Shown: one piece after another, positions 36,774 to 47,676 of the stretch
Numbering within the stretch: the stretch's first letter is position 1
Layout: the number at the start of each line of letters is the position of its first letter
Assembly (NCBI GenBank): GCA_017435645.1
Contig: JAFSER010000006.1
Span: 19,679-83,678, forward strand
DNA length: 64,000 bases
Direction: 5' to 3'
Source: Clostridium sp.
GTDB lineage: Bacteria > Bacillota > Clostridia > Clostridiales > Clostridiaceae
The notes under the pieces: model-generated
What the model was told of the DNA's origin: nothing
The model's input: the letters and a program-made list of their open reading frames with translations, nothing else
Database searches by the model: none
Made by a program: the position numbers and the translations under genes

Positions 36774-39700
36774 TTAATTTTCAACTTCAGTTATAACTAA
36801 ATTATCTAAAACAAAGTCTGTTTCACCCATAGAACCTGAACCTGCTTTATCTTTATCTTCATATAATCCAATCCAAGTTTGTCCAGTTTCACTACCTACA
36901 ACTTGCATTTTTACATGTTTTGTTTCTCCTTGTGCTGCTTCTAAATACTCTTCTTCTATTGGTTTTGAATAATTTGCCCCATCTCCAATAACCATAGCAT
37001 ATGCTTTATCTGGACCTGACTGATAATCAAATTCTACATTATAAACCTTACCTGCTTCAAATCTAAAGTTTTGTGGTAATGTTTGATATATTATTCCTGT
37101 ATTTGCTCCATGATGCTTTAATGACCAATTTCCATCAATAACATCATCAATTACTCTATTTTGCCATCCTGCTTGAGTAAATGGTTCATTTTTTTGTGAT
37201 AAATGTGTTACAGGATCTGATATACCTTGAGCTGGTCCTAATACAAATGGATATAAGCCTTGTACTACTGTTTCAAAATCCTGCTTAAAGCTTCCATCTT
37301 CTTGGAAGTTATTTAATTCTTTTTCCACTATACGAATATCATCAATATAGCTACTACCTTCCCCTGCAGCTCTTGATAATTTTATTGTAGCTGTATCGCT
37401 TTCTGCCACAAATGAAACTTGCATACGTTGCATCTTACTTCCATTTTTAGGATCACATTGAACATAATTATTTAATATTGATGCTTCTACATAATTAGAT
37501 ACAATCTTATCTCCTGCATCAACTTCAATGCTTGCTTTTGCATTACTATTATTTTCAACATATACCTCAGCTACATAATGTTCACCTTTTGTTAAACCTG
37601 AAATTGTAGTTGATACTGAAACATCTTCTGAAGGATTATTAAATGCTAATCTTTGATCTCCTGTATTAGCTTTTTCTACTACAACAGCCTCATTATCTAT
37701 ATCTCCAGCCCATACATCCTCTGATAATTTTTCTCCTGCTGCATAACTATTAAAACCAGGATCTACAACATAATTATATTCACCAAAATTATTTTTTAAT
37801 TCTTTAATTTCTGCATTTTTAACTAATACATAAGCTGTAACTTCTTTTGCCTCTAAAATTATTTGTCCATTATTTACAGGAATAGTTACTTCATTAACAC
37901 GACCTTGATCTGATAATTCATACATTACAATACTTTCAAGATTTGTCCACCCTTCTGGTAAATCCCATTCAGATTTTCCACCATCTAAATTCCAATGATA
38001 TAGCTTCTCTGAACCATCCTCATCAGTCCATGGTAATAAATATTTTACATCATTTAATACTACCTTATCATTTAAAGTAATTATACGCTCAATATTAGTA
38101 TCATTTCTTTGTTCTTCATTTCTTGTTACAACTACTATATCTCCATCATCATTTTTTAAAGTTATTTGTTTTTCATGATTTCCTACTGGTGATTCTCCTT
38201 CTTCGTAATTTTCCCAATCTATTACGTAATAATGTTGTAAGAACTTAGTAGGTAAATTTTCATTAAATGTTTGTTTAATATATTCATTAAAGTCTTTATT
38301 TCCTTGCCATCCTTCAAAGCCATATAATCTATAGCCACCTAATAATGGATTATCTGCAGTTCCACCAAACTCTGGATAATTTAATACTTGTGAGTCTCTT
38401 TGATCATTTCTGATAAAACGAATAATATCACTATTAAATCCTTTTGAAGTTTTTCCACCATAAACAGCATCTGTTGACCAGTGTTGCCATGTTGAATCGT
38501 ATTCTCCTTGACCACTGAACTCCGTTGTAAATCTCCAACCTAAAGAATTTATTTCATCTGCAATTTGTCTAGTTTCCCATGCATCTTGATACCATACATC
38601 TAAATATATAAAATCCATATTATCTTTACGACTTTCAGCATCCTTTAAAATTTCTTCTCTTGTTGCAAGAACCTCGCCTTGTGAGTCCTTAACTGCTTCT
38701 GGCCAATCTAAAGTGAAAAAGTTTGTTCCATTAATACGATCATACAATTGAACTAAACGTTTCCATCTAGCTTGAGAAGACAAATCCCAAAGCTTATCTA
38801 TAACTTTTGATTGATCAAGCCATCCCCAACCATTTGTAATTGGCTTTTGTAACATACTTTCATTAAAGGAAGCTGCTTCTGGATAAATTTCTTGAGCATT
38901 AATATGAATACCTATTTCTGTATTATAATCATGAGCAATCTTAATTAAATCTTGAAAATCTTCAACTCCACCTTCACGTTCTGCTATATCTGCATATTCT
39001 GAGTTAGCTGAGTCATGCCCTTCATTTCCATATCCCTTTAACATAACTGATTGTGGAAGTCCATCTGTTGCAAGATATACCTTTTTAATATTATCAGCTG
39101 TGGTTAAGAATGGATTTGGTGCCATACTAGCAAAATTCATGACTATACGATAGTTAACCATATCTTTAATTACTTCTGATCCATAAGGAATATTCATAAT
39201 ATCACGGAAGGCTAATGCTCCATCATTCCAATCAATATCTCCATCTTTATTTTCATCTGATGCTATAGCTACTTTAACAACTGGTAATTCACTTATTGGA
39301 TAATCTTCATAGTTTTCTGCTTTACTTTGAGCATTCTTATCACCTAATTCATAGTACCATGGCGCACTTGTAAGGCTAATTGTATCTGCACCATTATTTC
39401 TAATAATACGCTTGTCCCCTTCAGCCTCTGAATTACTATAAAGACCTGCACTTAGCTTTCCATTAGTTAAAAATGCATATAAATATCCATTACTTTCTGA
39501 TGGAATAAAGCTATCTCCAAAATCAATAAAAGAATCTCCACTAACTGTTGTAGTTGTTGAAGCTTGTGCACCTGCAAAATTTGCACCTTCTTCTACTGAG
39601 TCTATAGTTAATAAATTTAATCCAGGAACATCAATAGTTGCAATTTTAGAACACCCTTCTTCTTTATTGATTTCTATTATTTCCCAAGCTAAATCATTTT

Positions 39701-41546
39701 CATTAACGCTAATTTTAACTTTCATTTCTAAGTCTAAACTACTTTCTTTATCTTCAATATCCATTTTATATATTCTTGAATTAGTAGTAGTTTCTTCAAC
39801 TTTAACTGTTGGTTCAATAACTTTTCCATTAATAGCTATAGTTTTAAGTTGTGTTTCATTACCACGGAAAATTTGATTTTCTAACTCTTTCCCATTTTCT
39901 AAGATTTGATATCTAGCCACTACTGGGAAGTCCTTTCCTATATAAACTTTCATATCATCTGATTCTATAGTATCATATTTGCTTAAATCTATTGCTGCCT
40001 TTTCATTAAGGGTTACATCTATTTTATTAGTTTTATCTTCAACATTAATAACCTCTGAATATGCTTCATAGCCTGGTTTAGTAATTGACATAGAATATTC
40101 TTTAATCTCTAATCCATCATAGCTATACTCACCTTTTTCATTAGTCTTTGTAGAATTTGCACCTATACGAACTGTGGCTCCTTCAATAACCTCACCCTTA
40201 GAATTTTTTACAACGCCTAATACTGGTACAAGCTTTGTATATTCTTCTTTAACTACCTGCCCTTCACGTTCTGCTGCAAATCCCCATTCATCTTCCATAC
40301 AGTTTATATTGTTATATAGTACCTCTGCAAAAGAAATACTAGTTGCTCCATTAGTTTTAACCCCAAATTTCCCTTTACCTGCATTCTTTTCTGATAAATT
40401 AATTAAGTCTTGATTCGTTATATTAACAGTTTTTTCATTAACCCTTACTGTTAATTTTTCACGATCTAAAGCTATGGATAGTTGTAGTTCTTCCCCTTCT
40501 ACTGGCGTTGGAAGTCCTGAAATATTTGGATAACTTCCTTTTCCATCTATCTCATATTGATAATACCATTTACTGCTTGAATCATAGCCAACATAAAGCC
40601 AATTATCATCATCCTTATAACTATAGAAAACTCCCCAATTTTCGCTTGGCTTAACTTTTAAAGAAATATTACCTGCCTCTTCCATAACTTTTGAATTATT
40701 TAAATATAAAATTGGTGCAGCAATATCTGCATTACTATATTCATGTCCACCACTATTATTAGCTCCTCCAATTAAAGTAACCCACTTTTGTCCTTTTTCA
40801 GATACTGTAGTAGTATCTATTGGCTCTTCTGAACTATCTGGATTTTCATTGTTACTTATATCTGGTTCCCATATTTGACCTTGAATATTTGAATTATATA
40901 ATGTCCAATTACTATAATCTGTACAAATCTTATCACCAACAACTACATCTGAAAAATTAATATCAGTTATTTCTTTTTCATAATTAGCTGCTCCAAAACC
41001 AATCCTACCAGCCTTTTCTTTTAAGCTTAAAAAATCTACATTGGTTACAGTTACTGCTCCACTTTCTCCACTTGTTTCATTATTAATAGATACCTTTAAT
41101 CCATCTTCCTCATGGCTTAAAGTAACTTTTATATTATCTTCTTTATTTACCTCTGGTAACCCTATAAGTGTCTCCCACTTACTATTGTCTCCAAGCTTAT
41201 ACTCTATAAACCAATTACTCTTTCCATCATATGCAATATACCCCCAATTGGTATCGTCTACATATTTAGTAACAAAACGAAATCTAGTATTTTCCTTATC
41301 ACTTATTAATTTCATATTAAAGCTAATATCTTCAGATTTAATATCAGCTTTATCAGATAATACAAAAGCTTCTGGATTGTTGCTTCCAAAGTGTCCATTT
41401 CCATTACTTTCGCTAGCTTTTAGGTGAGCTATTACAGAATCTGTAGCTAAAACGTTTAATGAAGGAAAAACACAAGTACAAAATACTGATAAAGCTATGA
41501 ATACAGCTATAAACCTATTTCTATTTGCTTTTAAGATTCTAATCAT
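36774..41546 (-). CDS. Secreted endo-alpha-N-acetylgalactosaminidase (GH101, mucin O-glycan releasing)
   Basis: Signal peptide; DGDIDWNDGALAFR, RIVMNFASMAPNPF, LKGYGNEGHDS, GWGWLDQ; catalytic-region motifs FIYLDVW and FTTEF; STWQHW, FEGWQG; DFETVVQGLYPFV and HLSQ..PFTQAGW; a PEGA/CarboxypepD-like linker. Confidence 0.93.
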   Translation of the reverse strand: MIRILKANRNRFIAVFIALSVFCTCVFPSLNVLATDSVIAHLKASESNGNGHFGSNNPEAFVLSDKADIKSEDISFNMKLISDKENTRFRFVTKYVDDTNWGYIAYDGKSNWFIEYKLGDNSKWETLIGLPEVNKEDNIKVTLSHEEDGLKVSINNETSGESGAVTVTNVDFLSLKEKAGRIGFGAANYEKEITDINFSDVVVGDKICTDYSNWTLYNSNIQGQIWEPDISNNENPDSSEEPIDTTTVSEKGQKWVTLIGGANNSGGHEYSNADIAAPILYLNNSKVMEEAGNISLKVKPSENWGVFYSYKDDDNWLYVGYDSSSKWYYQYEIDGKGSYPNISGLPTPVEGEELQLSIALDREKLTVRVNEKTVNITNQDLINLSEKNAGKGKFGVKTNGATSISFAEVLYNNINCMEDEWGFAAEREGQVVKEEYTKLVPVLGVVKNSKGEVIEGATVRIGANSTKTNEKGEYSYDGLEIKEYSMSITKPGYEAYSEVINVEDKTNKIDVTLNEKAAIDLSKYDTIESDDMKVYIGKDFPVVARYQILENGKELENQIFRGNETQLKTIAINGKVIEPTVKVEETTTNSRIYKMDIEDKESSLDLEMKVKISVNENDLAWEIIEINKEEGCSKIATIDVPGLNLLTIDSVEEGANFAGAQASTTTTVSGDSFIDFGDSFIPSESNGYLYAFLTNGKLSAGLYSNSEAEGDKRIIRNNGADTISLTSAPWYYELGDKNAQSKAENYEDYPISELPVVKVAIASDENKDGDIDWNDGALAFRDIMNIPYGSEVIKDMVNYRIVMNFASMAPNPFLTTADNIKKVYLATDGLPQSVMLKGYGNEGHDSANSEYADIAEREGGVEDFQDLIKIAHDYNTEIGIHINAQEIYPEAASFNESMLQKPITNGWGWLDQSKVIDKLWDLSSQARWKRLVQLYDRINGTNFFTLDWPEAVKDSQGEVLATREEILKDAESRKDNMDFIYLDVWYQDAWETRQIADEINSLGWRFTTEFSGQGEYDSTWQHWSTDAVYGGKTSKGFNSDIIRFIRNDQRDSQVLNYPEFGGTADNPLLGGYRLYGFEGWQGNKDFNEYIKQTFNENLPTKFLQHYYVIDWENYEEGESPVGNHEKQITLKNDDGDIVVVTRNEEQRNDTNIERIITLNDKVVLNDVKYLLPWTDEDGSEKLYHWNLDGGKSEWDLPEGWTNLESIVMYELSDQGRVNEVTIPVNNGQIILEAKEVTAYVLVKNAEIKELKNNFGEYNYVVDPGFNSYAAGEKLSEDVWAGDIDNEAVVVEKANTGDQRLAFNNPSEDVSVSTTISGLTKGEHYVAEVYVENNSNAKASIEVDAGDKIVSNYVEASILNNYVQCDPKNGSKMQRMQVSFVAESDTATIKLSRAAGEGSSYIDDIRIVEKELNNFQEDGSFKQDFETVVQGLYPFVLGPAQGISDPVTHLSQKNEPFTQAGWQNRVIDDVIDGNWSLKHHGANTGIIYQTLPQNFRFEAGKVYNVEFDYQSGPDKAYAMVIGDGANYSKPIEEEYLEAAQGETKHVKMQVVGSETGQTWIGLYEDKDKAGSGSMGETDFVLDNLVITEVEN

Positions 41547-42114
41547 AAATACACAATTCCCTTCCTTTTAAATTTTTAATAAATTAACCTTATTTAAATT
41601 AAATTTATTCCTCCTTTCTTTATATCTTGAGGATTGTAAATTTTATAATAATATAATGTATATATTATTTGCACTTTTTAAACCTATCCTCTCGAAGATT
41701 TTTTATTATACATAAATTTAACTTTTGTATTTTAATTAATAGCTATACTGTAAGTAGTTTATAATCTTAATTATATATTATTTAAAAATTAATATACATA
41801 TATTTCTATTTTTGCATTAACTATTTTTAGAATGTAATAAAAATAATAGATTTTCTTTTGAAAAGTTCCCCTTATACTTTGATTGTTTAATAAAAAACAT
41901 TTTTCTACCCTTTTCTCATAACCCCTATATTACAAGTATTAAATAAACTAATACAATCAAAATAAATACTAAAACTATAATATATTAAAAAAGAAAATTC
42001 TCTATAATGTATTCTTCTTATACAATGAAGCTAAAAAATTAATTATTAGTAAAATAAGATTTTAAAATTATAAAATATACAAATCATAGAATAATAAGTA
42101 TATTTACTTTAAAT

Positions 42115-42159
42115 AAAAAAATCCTAGCAAGGAACTTTATTGCCTCATTAGGATTTTTT
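42115..42159 (-). terminator. Intrinsic terminator
   Basis: AAAAAAATCCTAG...TTAGGATTTTTT. Confidence 0.65.
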
Positions 42160-42183
42160 CTACATTAAAATAGGACTATTTAC

Positions 42184-42765
42184 CTATTTATCCATATCTA
42201 TATCATTTTCTTTTTCTATTCCAATAAGTCTCATTATTTTCTCTGATCTTTCTTTGGTTGAACCTGTTATCTTTGTATATCTAACATTTTCCGCTTCTAA
42301 AAAGCTTAAGATAGCGTTATCTACAGCTTGAGCTACATCTTCATCCTGCCATCTTACACCATCTTTAGTGTATCCAAATTCTCTTGGTACAAAGAAAATA
42401 TGATCGTATTTTGGTAAATCTCTTAATGCTAATACATATAAATCTTTTAAAATTTCTATTTCTTTTATTGTTCTAGTTTTATCTCCAAGCATAAATCTTC
42501 CATATATATATGGAACAAATGTAGCATAATCTGTTATTGCATAATCAAATACATTTAAGCTATCTTCAATGTGAAGTTGTCCTAGATATATTCCATATTG
42601 CTCTGAAATATTTTCTATCATTCCTTTATCTCTTAAATAATCAGTACTATATTCAGTTGCTACTCCAACACTTAAATCTCTAATTTTCATTTCAACATAA
42701 AGTTGCTGTATTAATGTAGTTTTACCACATCTTGGACCGCCTAAAATGGCTATTCTTTTTGGCAT
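42184..42765 (-). CDS. P-loop ATPase/kinase (AAA_28 / NadR-type)
   Basis: Motifs RIAILGGPRCGKTTL, EY, ITDY, YDHIF, DGVR. Likely ATG at 42765 after GGAGGGG (track start 42822). Confidence 0.8.
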   Translation of the reverse strand: MPKRIAILGGPRCGKTTLIQQLYVEMKIRDLSVGVATEYSTDYLRDKGMIENISEQYGIYLGQLHIEDSLNVFDYAITDYATFVPYIYGRFMLGDKTRTIKEIEILKDLYVLALRDLPKYDHIFFVPREFGYTKDGVRWQDEDVAQAVDNAILSFLEAENVRYTKITGSTKERSEKIMRLIGIEKENDIDMDK

Positions 42766-43148
42766 AATAACCCCTCCATAACTTATGTAAAAAGTTAAGT
42801 ATTTTATAAAATAGATTTTCATTATACCAACAAATTATTATTATTTCAATGTATTATTAAAAGTAATTCTTTTAATAATCATTTTAATTGCTTTTAATAA
42901 TTTTATTAATTTTATTTTTATATTGGGTTCTTAACATATCTATAATTTTATTATTTGTCTTTATTAAAAATATTATACTTTATAAATATAAAACTTTTTA
43001 ATTATTATATATTACTGCTCTATACTTAAGCTTCTTTTACTTCTATAAAAAAATTAAGTATAATCTTATACTAAAATATTCATGCTTATCCTTAATACTT
43101 GATATTACTATGTACTTAGCAAATTTTTAAATTTTCATAAGCCTGTAT

Positions 43149-43952
43149 TTATATTAATTTATATTTTTTTAATGCTTCAGTAATACCTTCATTTTCTACA
43201 TTTTCTGTAAAATCATATGCATATGGTTCTAATCTCTTATGACATTCCCCCATAGCAATCCCATATTTTACTTCTTGGAACATTTCTATATCATTTTCCC
43301 CATCTCCAAAAGCATAGGCATTTGCTTTATCTATATTTACTGCATCTAATAATTTTTTAACTCCATATCCTTTTGAATACTTAGCTTTATATATTTCAAA
43401 AAGGTTACCGTTACTTAAATTTCTCATAAATGCATAACCTTTTTCTTTAAACTTTTCAACAACTATTTCAAATGAATCTTCATTATATGATACTGCAATT
43501 ATCTTTCCTATTTTAACCGTATCTTCATTCCAATCTTCGCTGAAAGTATCCCTGTCTAATTTAACTCTATTTATTACCTTTTTAACTGCTTCATTTTTAA
43601 TATCTTTTACGTATATTTTTTCTTGACCCTCTAATAAATATATAATTTCATTATCATCTAAATATCTAAGAACTTCTTTAAGCTCTTCATTATTTATTGG
43701 CTCATTTACTATTACTTCATTATGTATCTCTGCATAAGCTCCATTTGATGCTATATACCCATCTAATCCTAATGATAAAAGTCCCTTATCAACTGAACTC
43801 ATTGGTCTTCCTGTAGCTAATATAGTTAAATATCCATTTCCCTTTAGCTTATTAATAGATTCCTTAGTTGCTTTAGTAGGCTCATATATTTTTTTAGGCC
43901 AATCTATTAAAGTTCCATCTACATCAAAAAATACTACACCCTTATTATTCAT
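43149..43952 (-). CDS. Cof-type HAD-IIB hydrolase
   Basis: Motifs FFDVDGTL, ATGR, SNGA, SKG, FGDGENDIEM, IAMG. Likely ATG at 43952 after AAGGAG (track start 43997). Confidence 0.93.
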   Translation of the reverse strand: MNNKGVVFFDVDGTLIDWPKKIYEPTKATKESINKLKGNGYLTILATGRPMSSVDKGLLSLGLDGYIASNGAYAEIHNEVIVNEPINNEELKEVLRYLDDNEIIYLLEGQEKIYVKDIKNEAVKKVINRVKLDRDTFSEDWNEDTVKIGKIIAVSYNEDSFEIVVEKFKEKGYAFMRNLSNGNLFEIYKAKYSKGYGVKKLLDAVNIDKANAYAFGDGENDIEMFQEVKYGIAMGECHKRLEPYAYDFTENVENEGITEALKKYKLI

Positions 43953-44384
43953 CTTTCTTCTCCTTAAAACTACTTTTAATATGTAATAATATACCATGCG
44001 TTATTATAATTTTAATACTATTTCTGTATTTATTTTATATTATCATAATTCTATTTATCTTTTCTACATTTTTAAAATAGATATAGTTCCCATAGCTATC
44101 TTTTATTAATTTTATTTCTTCTTTAATTTACATTGTAGTAACTTTAATATTACACTTTTATATATAGATATATATTTTTTGAGTATATTTTTTATTACTA
44201 TATTTATCTTGGCGTTTTTGTATACAAATACTACTCTTATTTGTAATTATTGTAATATAGTGTTAAGCTATAAATATGTAGTATATTATATTACATCTCA
44301 TAAATCATTAAATTGTTAAATTTTTAATTTAATCTAAAATATTTATATAACTAAAAATATCCTAATCTTAAACGAGGTGAAAAA

Positions 44385-45569
44385 ATGAATTTCTCAAAAA
44401 AGCTTTATATGATACTAGTATTAACATTATTAATTACATCTATAGATAAAATTGTAAGTGCAGATCCACTTGAAAAACAACTCCAAGATCATAATCAAAG
44501 TATAGAGGAAAATTCTAAAAAATTAGAGGAATATGAAATTCAAGAAGAAAATTTAATACTTGATATTCAAAATTTAGATAATGAAATTACAGAAGCTATT
44601 AATAAACGCTCTTCATTAGAAAAAGAAATATCAACTACTAATAGCTTAATTGAAGATAGCACTATTAAAATAGACGAATATACTAATGAAATAGCTAAAA
44701 GAGAGGATAATAAAGATGCTTATGTAAAAAATATGTACAAGTATGGTGATATGTCTTATTTAGATATTATTTTTAAATCTGATAATGTGTTTGATGCTGC
44801 TTATTGTCTTTATAATTACTCTAAATTAATTAGTGCAAATAAAGAAAATATAGAGAAACTAGATATTTTAAAAGAAGATTTAATTTTAGAAAAGGAAGCG
44901 CTATCAATTAATAAAGCTGAACTTGAAAAGTCTAAAGAAGAGGTAAATACTTTAGTTGAAGAATTAAATACTATGATGTCAGAACAAAAATTAAAGCTTG
45001 ATGAATTAAATAGTGTACAAGCTAACTTGCAAGAAAAAATTGCAAAGGAAAGAACTGAAGTTATAGTTATTCAAGCATTATTAGAAGAGCAGAGAATTAA
45101 AGTTGAAGAGGAACAAAATGAAGCATCAAGAAATGGAGAATCCCTAAACAATGATTCTACTTTAAACTCAAATACATCTAATTCTGAAGATAGCAATAGC
45201 TCTACATCTATAACTAAACTTTCTTCTTATGATATTGTTGCTTATGCTAGTAAATTTCAAGGTGTTCCATATGTTTGGGGAGGTACAACTCCAAAAGGCT
45301 TTGATTGTTCTGGCTTAGTTCAATATTGTTATGCTCAATTTGGATACAATTTACCAAGAGTATCACAGGATCAACAAAATTACGGAACTGATGTTAGCTT
45401 ATCTGACCTAAAAACTGGAGATTTAGTATTTTGGGGAAGACCAGCAACTCATGTAGCTTTTTATATAGATGGAGGATACATTCTTCATGCCCCATATACA
45501 GGTGAAGTAGTTCGTATTCAGAAAGTAAATTTATCAAATATAACTTCTGCTAAAAGAATTATTAATTAA
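44385..45569 (+). CDS. Coiled-coil plus NlpC/P60 (C40) peptidoglycan endopeptidase, CwlO-like
   Basis: Signal peptide, long heptad-rich region, then GVPYVWGG..GFDCSGLV, LPRVS, GDLVF, HVAFY and HAP. Confidence 0.93.
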   Translation: MNFSKKLYMILVLTLLITSIDKIVSADPLEKQLQDHNQSIEENSKKLEEYEIQEENLILDIQNLDNEITEAINKRSSLEKEISTTNSLIEDSTIKIDEYTNEIAKREDNKDAYVKNMYKYGDMSYLDIIFKSDNVFDAAYCLYNYSKLISANKENIEKLDILKEDLILEKEALSINKAELEKSKEEVNTLVEELNTMMSEQKLKLDELNSVQANLQEKIAKERTEVIVIQALLEEQRIKVEEEQNEASRNGESLNNDSTLNSNTSNSEDSNSSTSITKLSSYDIVAYASKFQGVPYVWGGTTPKGFDCSGLVQYCYAQFGYNLPRVSQDQQNYGTDVSLSDLKTGDLVFWGRPATHVAFYIDGGYILHAPYTGEVVRIQKVNLSNITSAKRIIN

Positions 45570-45584
45570 ATATCCCATCATAAG

Positions 45585-45632
45585 AAATAACAAAGGATTC
45601 TTTTATATAAATATACGAATCCTTTGTTATTT
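45585..45632. terminator. Terminator after the NlpC/P60 gene (possibly bidirectional)
   Basis: AAATAACAAAGGATTC...GAATCCTTTGTTATTT. Confidence 0.75.
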
Positions 45633-45749
45633 ATTTTAACTGTTATATTTTAACCTTAAATTGGGAGCGTAGATAAGTTTGTGTAAAACACAAATCTATT
45701 TACTCTCTTTCTGTATAATTAAATAGTATATTTAAAATAATATACTATA

Positions 45750-46694
45750 TTAAATTGTTGGATAGCTTTTTAGTACAGTTACATTTCCTTTTATACTATA
45801 TTCTCCCAAGGTTGCTGGAATTAAATAACTATCTCCTATCTTAATTTTCTCAGAATAATTTCCCTTATCTCCTTCGATTCTTCCTTCACCATCTACACAT
45901 GTATACATATAGAATTCATCTTTATTACTTATATCTCTATACTTATCTAATATTAGTATTTTTTCTATACAAAAATAAGGATTTTTACATAAGACACTTT
46001 TTGAATATCCTTTATACTTTATTACCTTTTCTTCCTTCAAATTTTTACATTTCAAATTAAAATTTATTACATCTAAAGCCTTTTTAACATGAATTTCTCT
46101 TTGTCTTCCATAATCATATACTCTATAAGTTATATCACTATTTTGTTGTATTTCAGCAATAATTACACCCTCACATATAGCATGTACTAATCCACTATTT
46201 ATTAAAAAGCAATCTCCTTTTTTCACATCTATTATATTTAATAATTCTTCTACTTTATTCTTTTCTATTGCTTCTTGAAACTCCTCTTTAGTACATCCAT
46301 TAGTTCCAACAATTAATTTTGCTTCTGGTTTTGCATCTATCACATACCAAGCCTCTGTTTTACCATAATCATTTTCAATAGCTTTTGCATATTTATCATC
46401 TGGATGAACTTGTACAGATAATTTATCATTTGAATTTATTAGCTTAATTAGTAATGGAAATCTATCTTTTGATACCTTTTCTCCTAATAAATCATGTCCA
46501 AACATTTCAATTAATTTATCAAACTTAGTACCTTGAAAACTACCATTAGCTACTACTCCTATACCATTAGGATGGCAAGCTATATCCCAACTTTCTCCTA
46601 TTTCTCCATCTGGCATATTATTTCTAAAGGCTTCAAAACCTCTACCACCCCATATTTTTTCATAATATAAATTCTCAAACCTAATTGGATACAT
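45750..46694 (-). CDS. manA: Mannose-6-phosphate isomerase, class I
   Basis: Motifs EKIWGG, IGESW, FPLLIK, LSVQVHPDD, GKTEAWY, HAI, EIQQNSDITYRVYDYGR. Confidence 0.93.
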   Translation of the reverse strand: MYPIRFENLYYEKIWGGRGFEAFRNNMPDGEIGESWDIACHPNGIGVVANGSFQGTKFDKLIEMFGHDLLGEKVSKDRFPLLIKLINSNDKLSVQVHPDDKYAKAIENDYGKTEAWYVIDAKPEAKLIVGTNGCTKEEFQEAIEKNKVEELLNIIDVKKGDCFLINSGLVHAICEGVIIAEIQQNSDITYRVYDYGRQREIHVKKALDVINFNLKCKNLKEEKVIKYKGYSKSVLCKNPYFCIEKILILDKYRDISNKDEFYMYTCVDGEGRIEGDKGNYSEKIKIGDSYLIPATLGEYSIKGNVTVLKSYPTI

Positions 46695-46885
46695 ACTATA
46701 TCTCCCTTTTATGCAAACTTAAAAATAGTATTTTTTCTCTACTATGTTTCAGTACTACTTAGATTTATAATTTTATTTTAAATATTTATTAGAAATCTAA
46801 AGTCTTGCTTTTAATTTATGTTTTTATTTTTTCTATGCTACTACTTATTCTTCTTTTAGGTGATTTTCTTAAAAATAATTTATTG

Positions 46886-46970
46886 GTTAAAGAATTTTAT
46901 ATTTTTTATATTTAATTTTTATATCAATAATCACTTTATATTTTAGAAATGTTAAAGAATTTTATATTTT
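46886..46970. repeat. Exact 20-bp direct repeat GTTAAAGAATTTTATATTTT (two copies)
   Basis: Copies at 46886-46905 and 46951-46970. Confidence 0.6.
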
Positions 46971-47417
46971 ATTTGATATCTTTATTTAATTCAATTTTAT
47001 TTTACAACTACACTATACTTATATTTATTTTTAATATTAAAATTTTATAAAATAAAAAATGCGAGTTTTAAATATGCTTTTTCAATTAAATAAAAACCTT
47101 AAATATAAAATAAGATTTTACCTATTTATCTTGTAGTTACTATCCTATTTTGATTAACATATGATTAATTTACTAATTATGATAATAAAAGATACTATTT
47201 AATAATATTTTTGTTTTAGTTTAAATATTTATTACTCTAATAATGTCCGAATTTTTACTTTATCCATAATTATAATATTTTTACCATACTTATATCCTTT
47301 ATTTATATGCTTATATTTAAATTTTCTTATTTTTATATCTTTACATAAGTTAGAATATAATACTAGGAATTAAAACTTAAATCCTTCAAATAATATTAGT
47401 GTAAGGAGGGATTTTCA

Positions 47418-47624
47418 ATGTCAAAAAAAAGTTTTAAAAAAAGACCTTATTTACCTAAGGAAAGAACAGGTTATGCACCAGAAAAACATGCTTTAATTAG
47501 TTATGGTAAAGATAAAACTACTTCTACACCTTTACCTAATACTGTAGAAGATCCTATAGTTGTAAATAATATAGCCTATATGGAATTTGACTATACTGAA
47601 GGTTCTGATACTTATTTAAAATAA
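47418..47624 (+). CDS. Small hypothetical protein (68 aa) with a basic N-terminus
   Basis: Strong SD AAGGAGGG upstream of the ATG; intergenic location. Confidence 0.75.
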   Translation: MSKKSFKKRPYLPKERTGYAPEKHALISYGKDKTTSTPLPNTVEDPIVVNNIAYMEFDYTEGSDTYLK

Positions 47625-47676
47625 TTACTTTCTACAATTATAATATAATTTTTTACAAATAGATTGGAGAACTATT

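Noticed and set aside
16015-41427. Short plus-strand ORFs at 16015, 16810, 24612, 28931, 29918, 33039, 39667, 40174 and 41041
   Set aside because: All lie antisense within or across confident CDSs.
41590-41700. Orphan SD (AAGGAGG, minus strand) and weak inverted repeat upstream of GH101 as a leader peptide or riboswitch
   Set aside because: No suitably spaced start codon and no recognisable aptamer.
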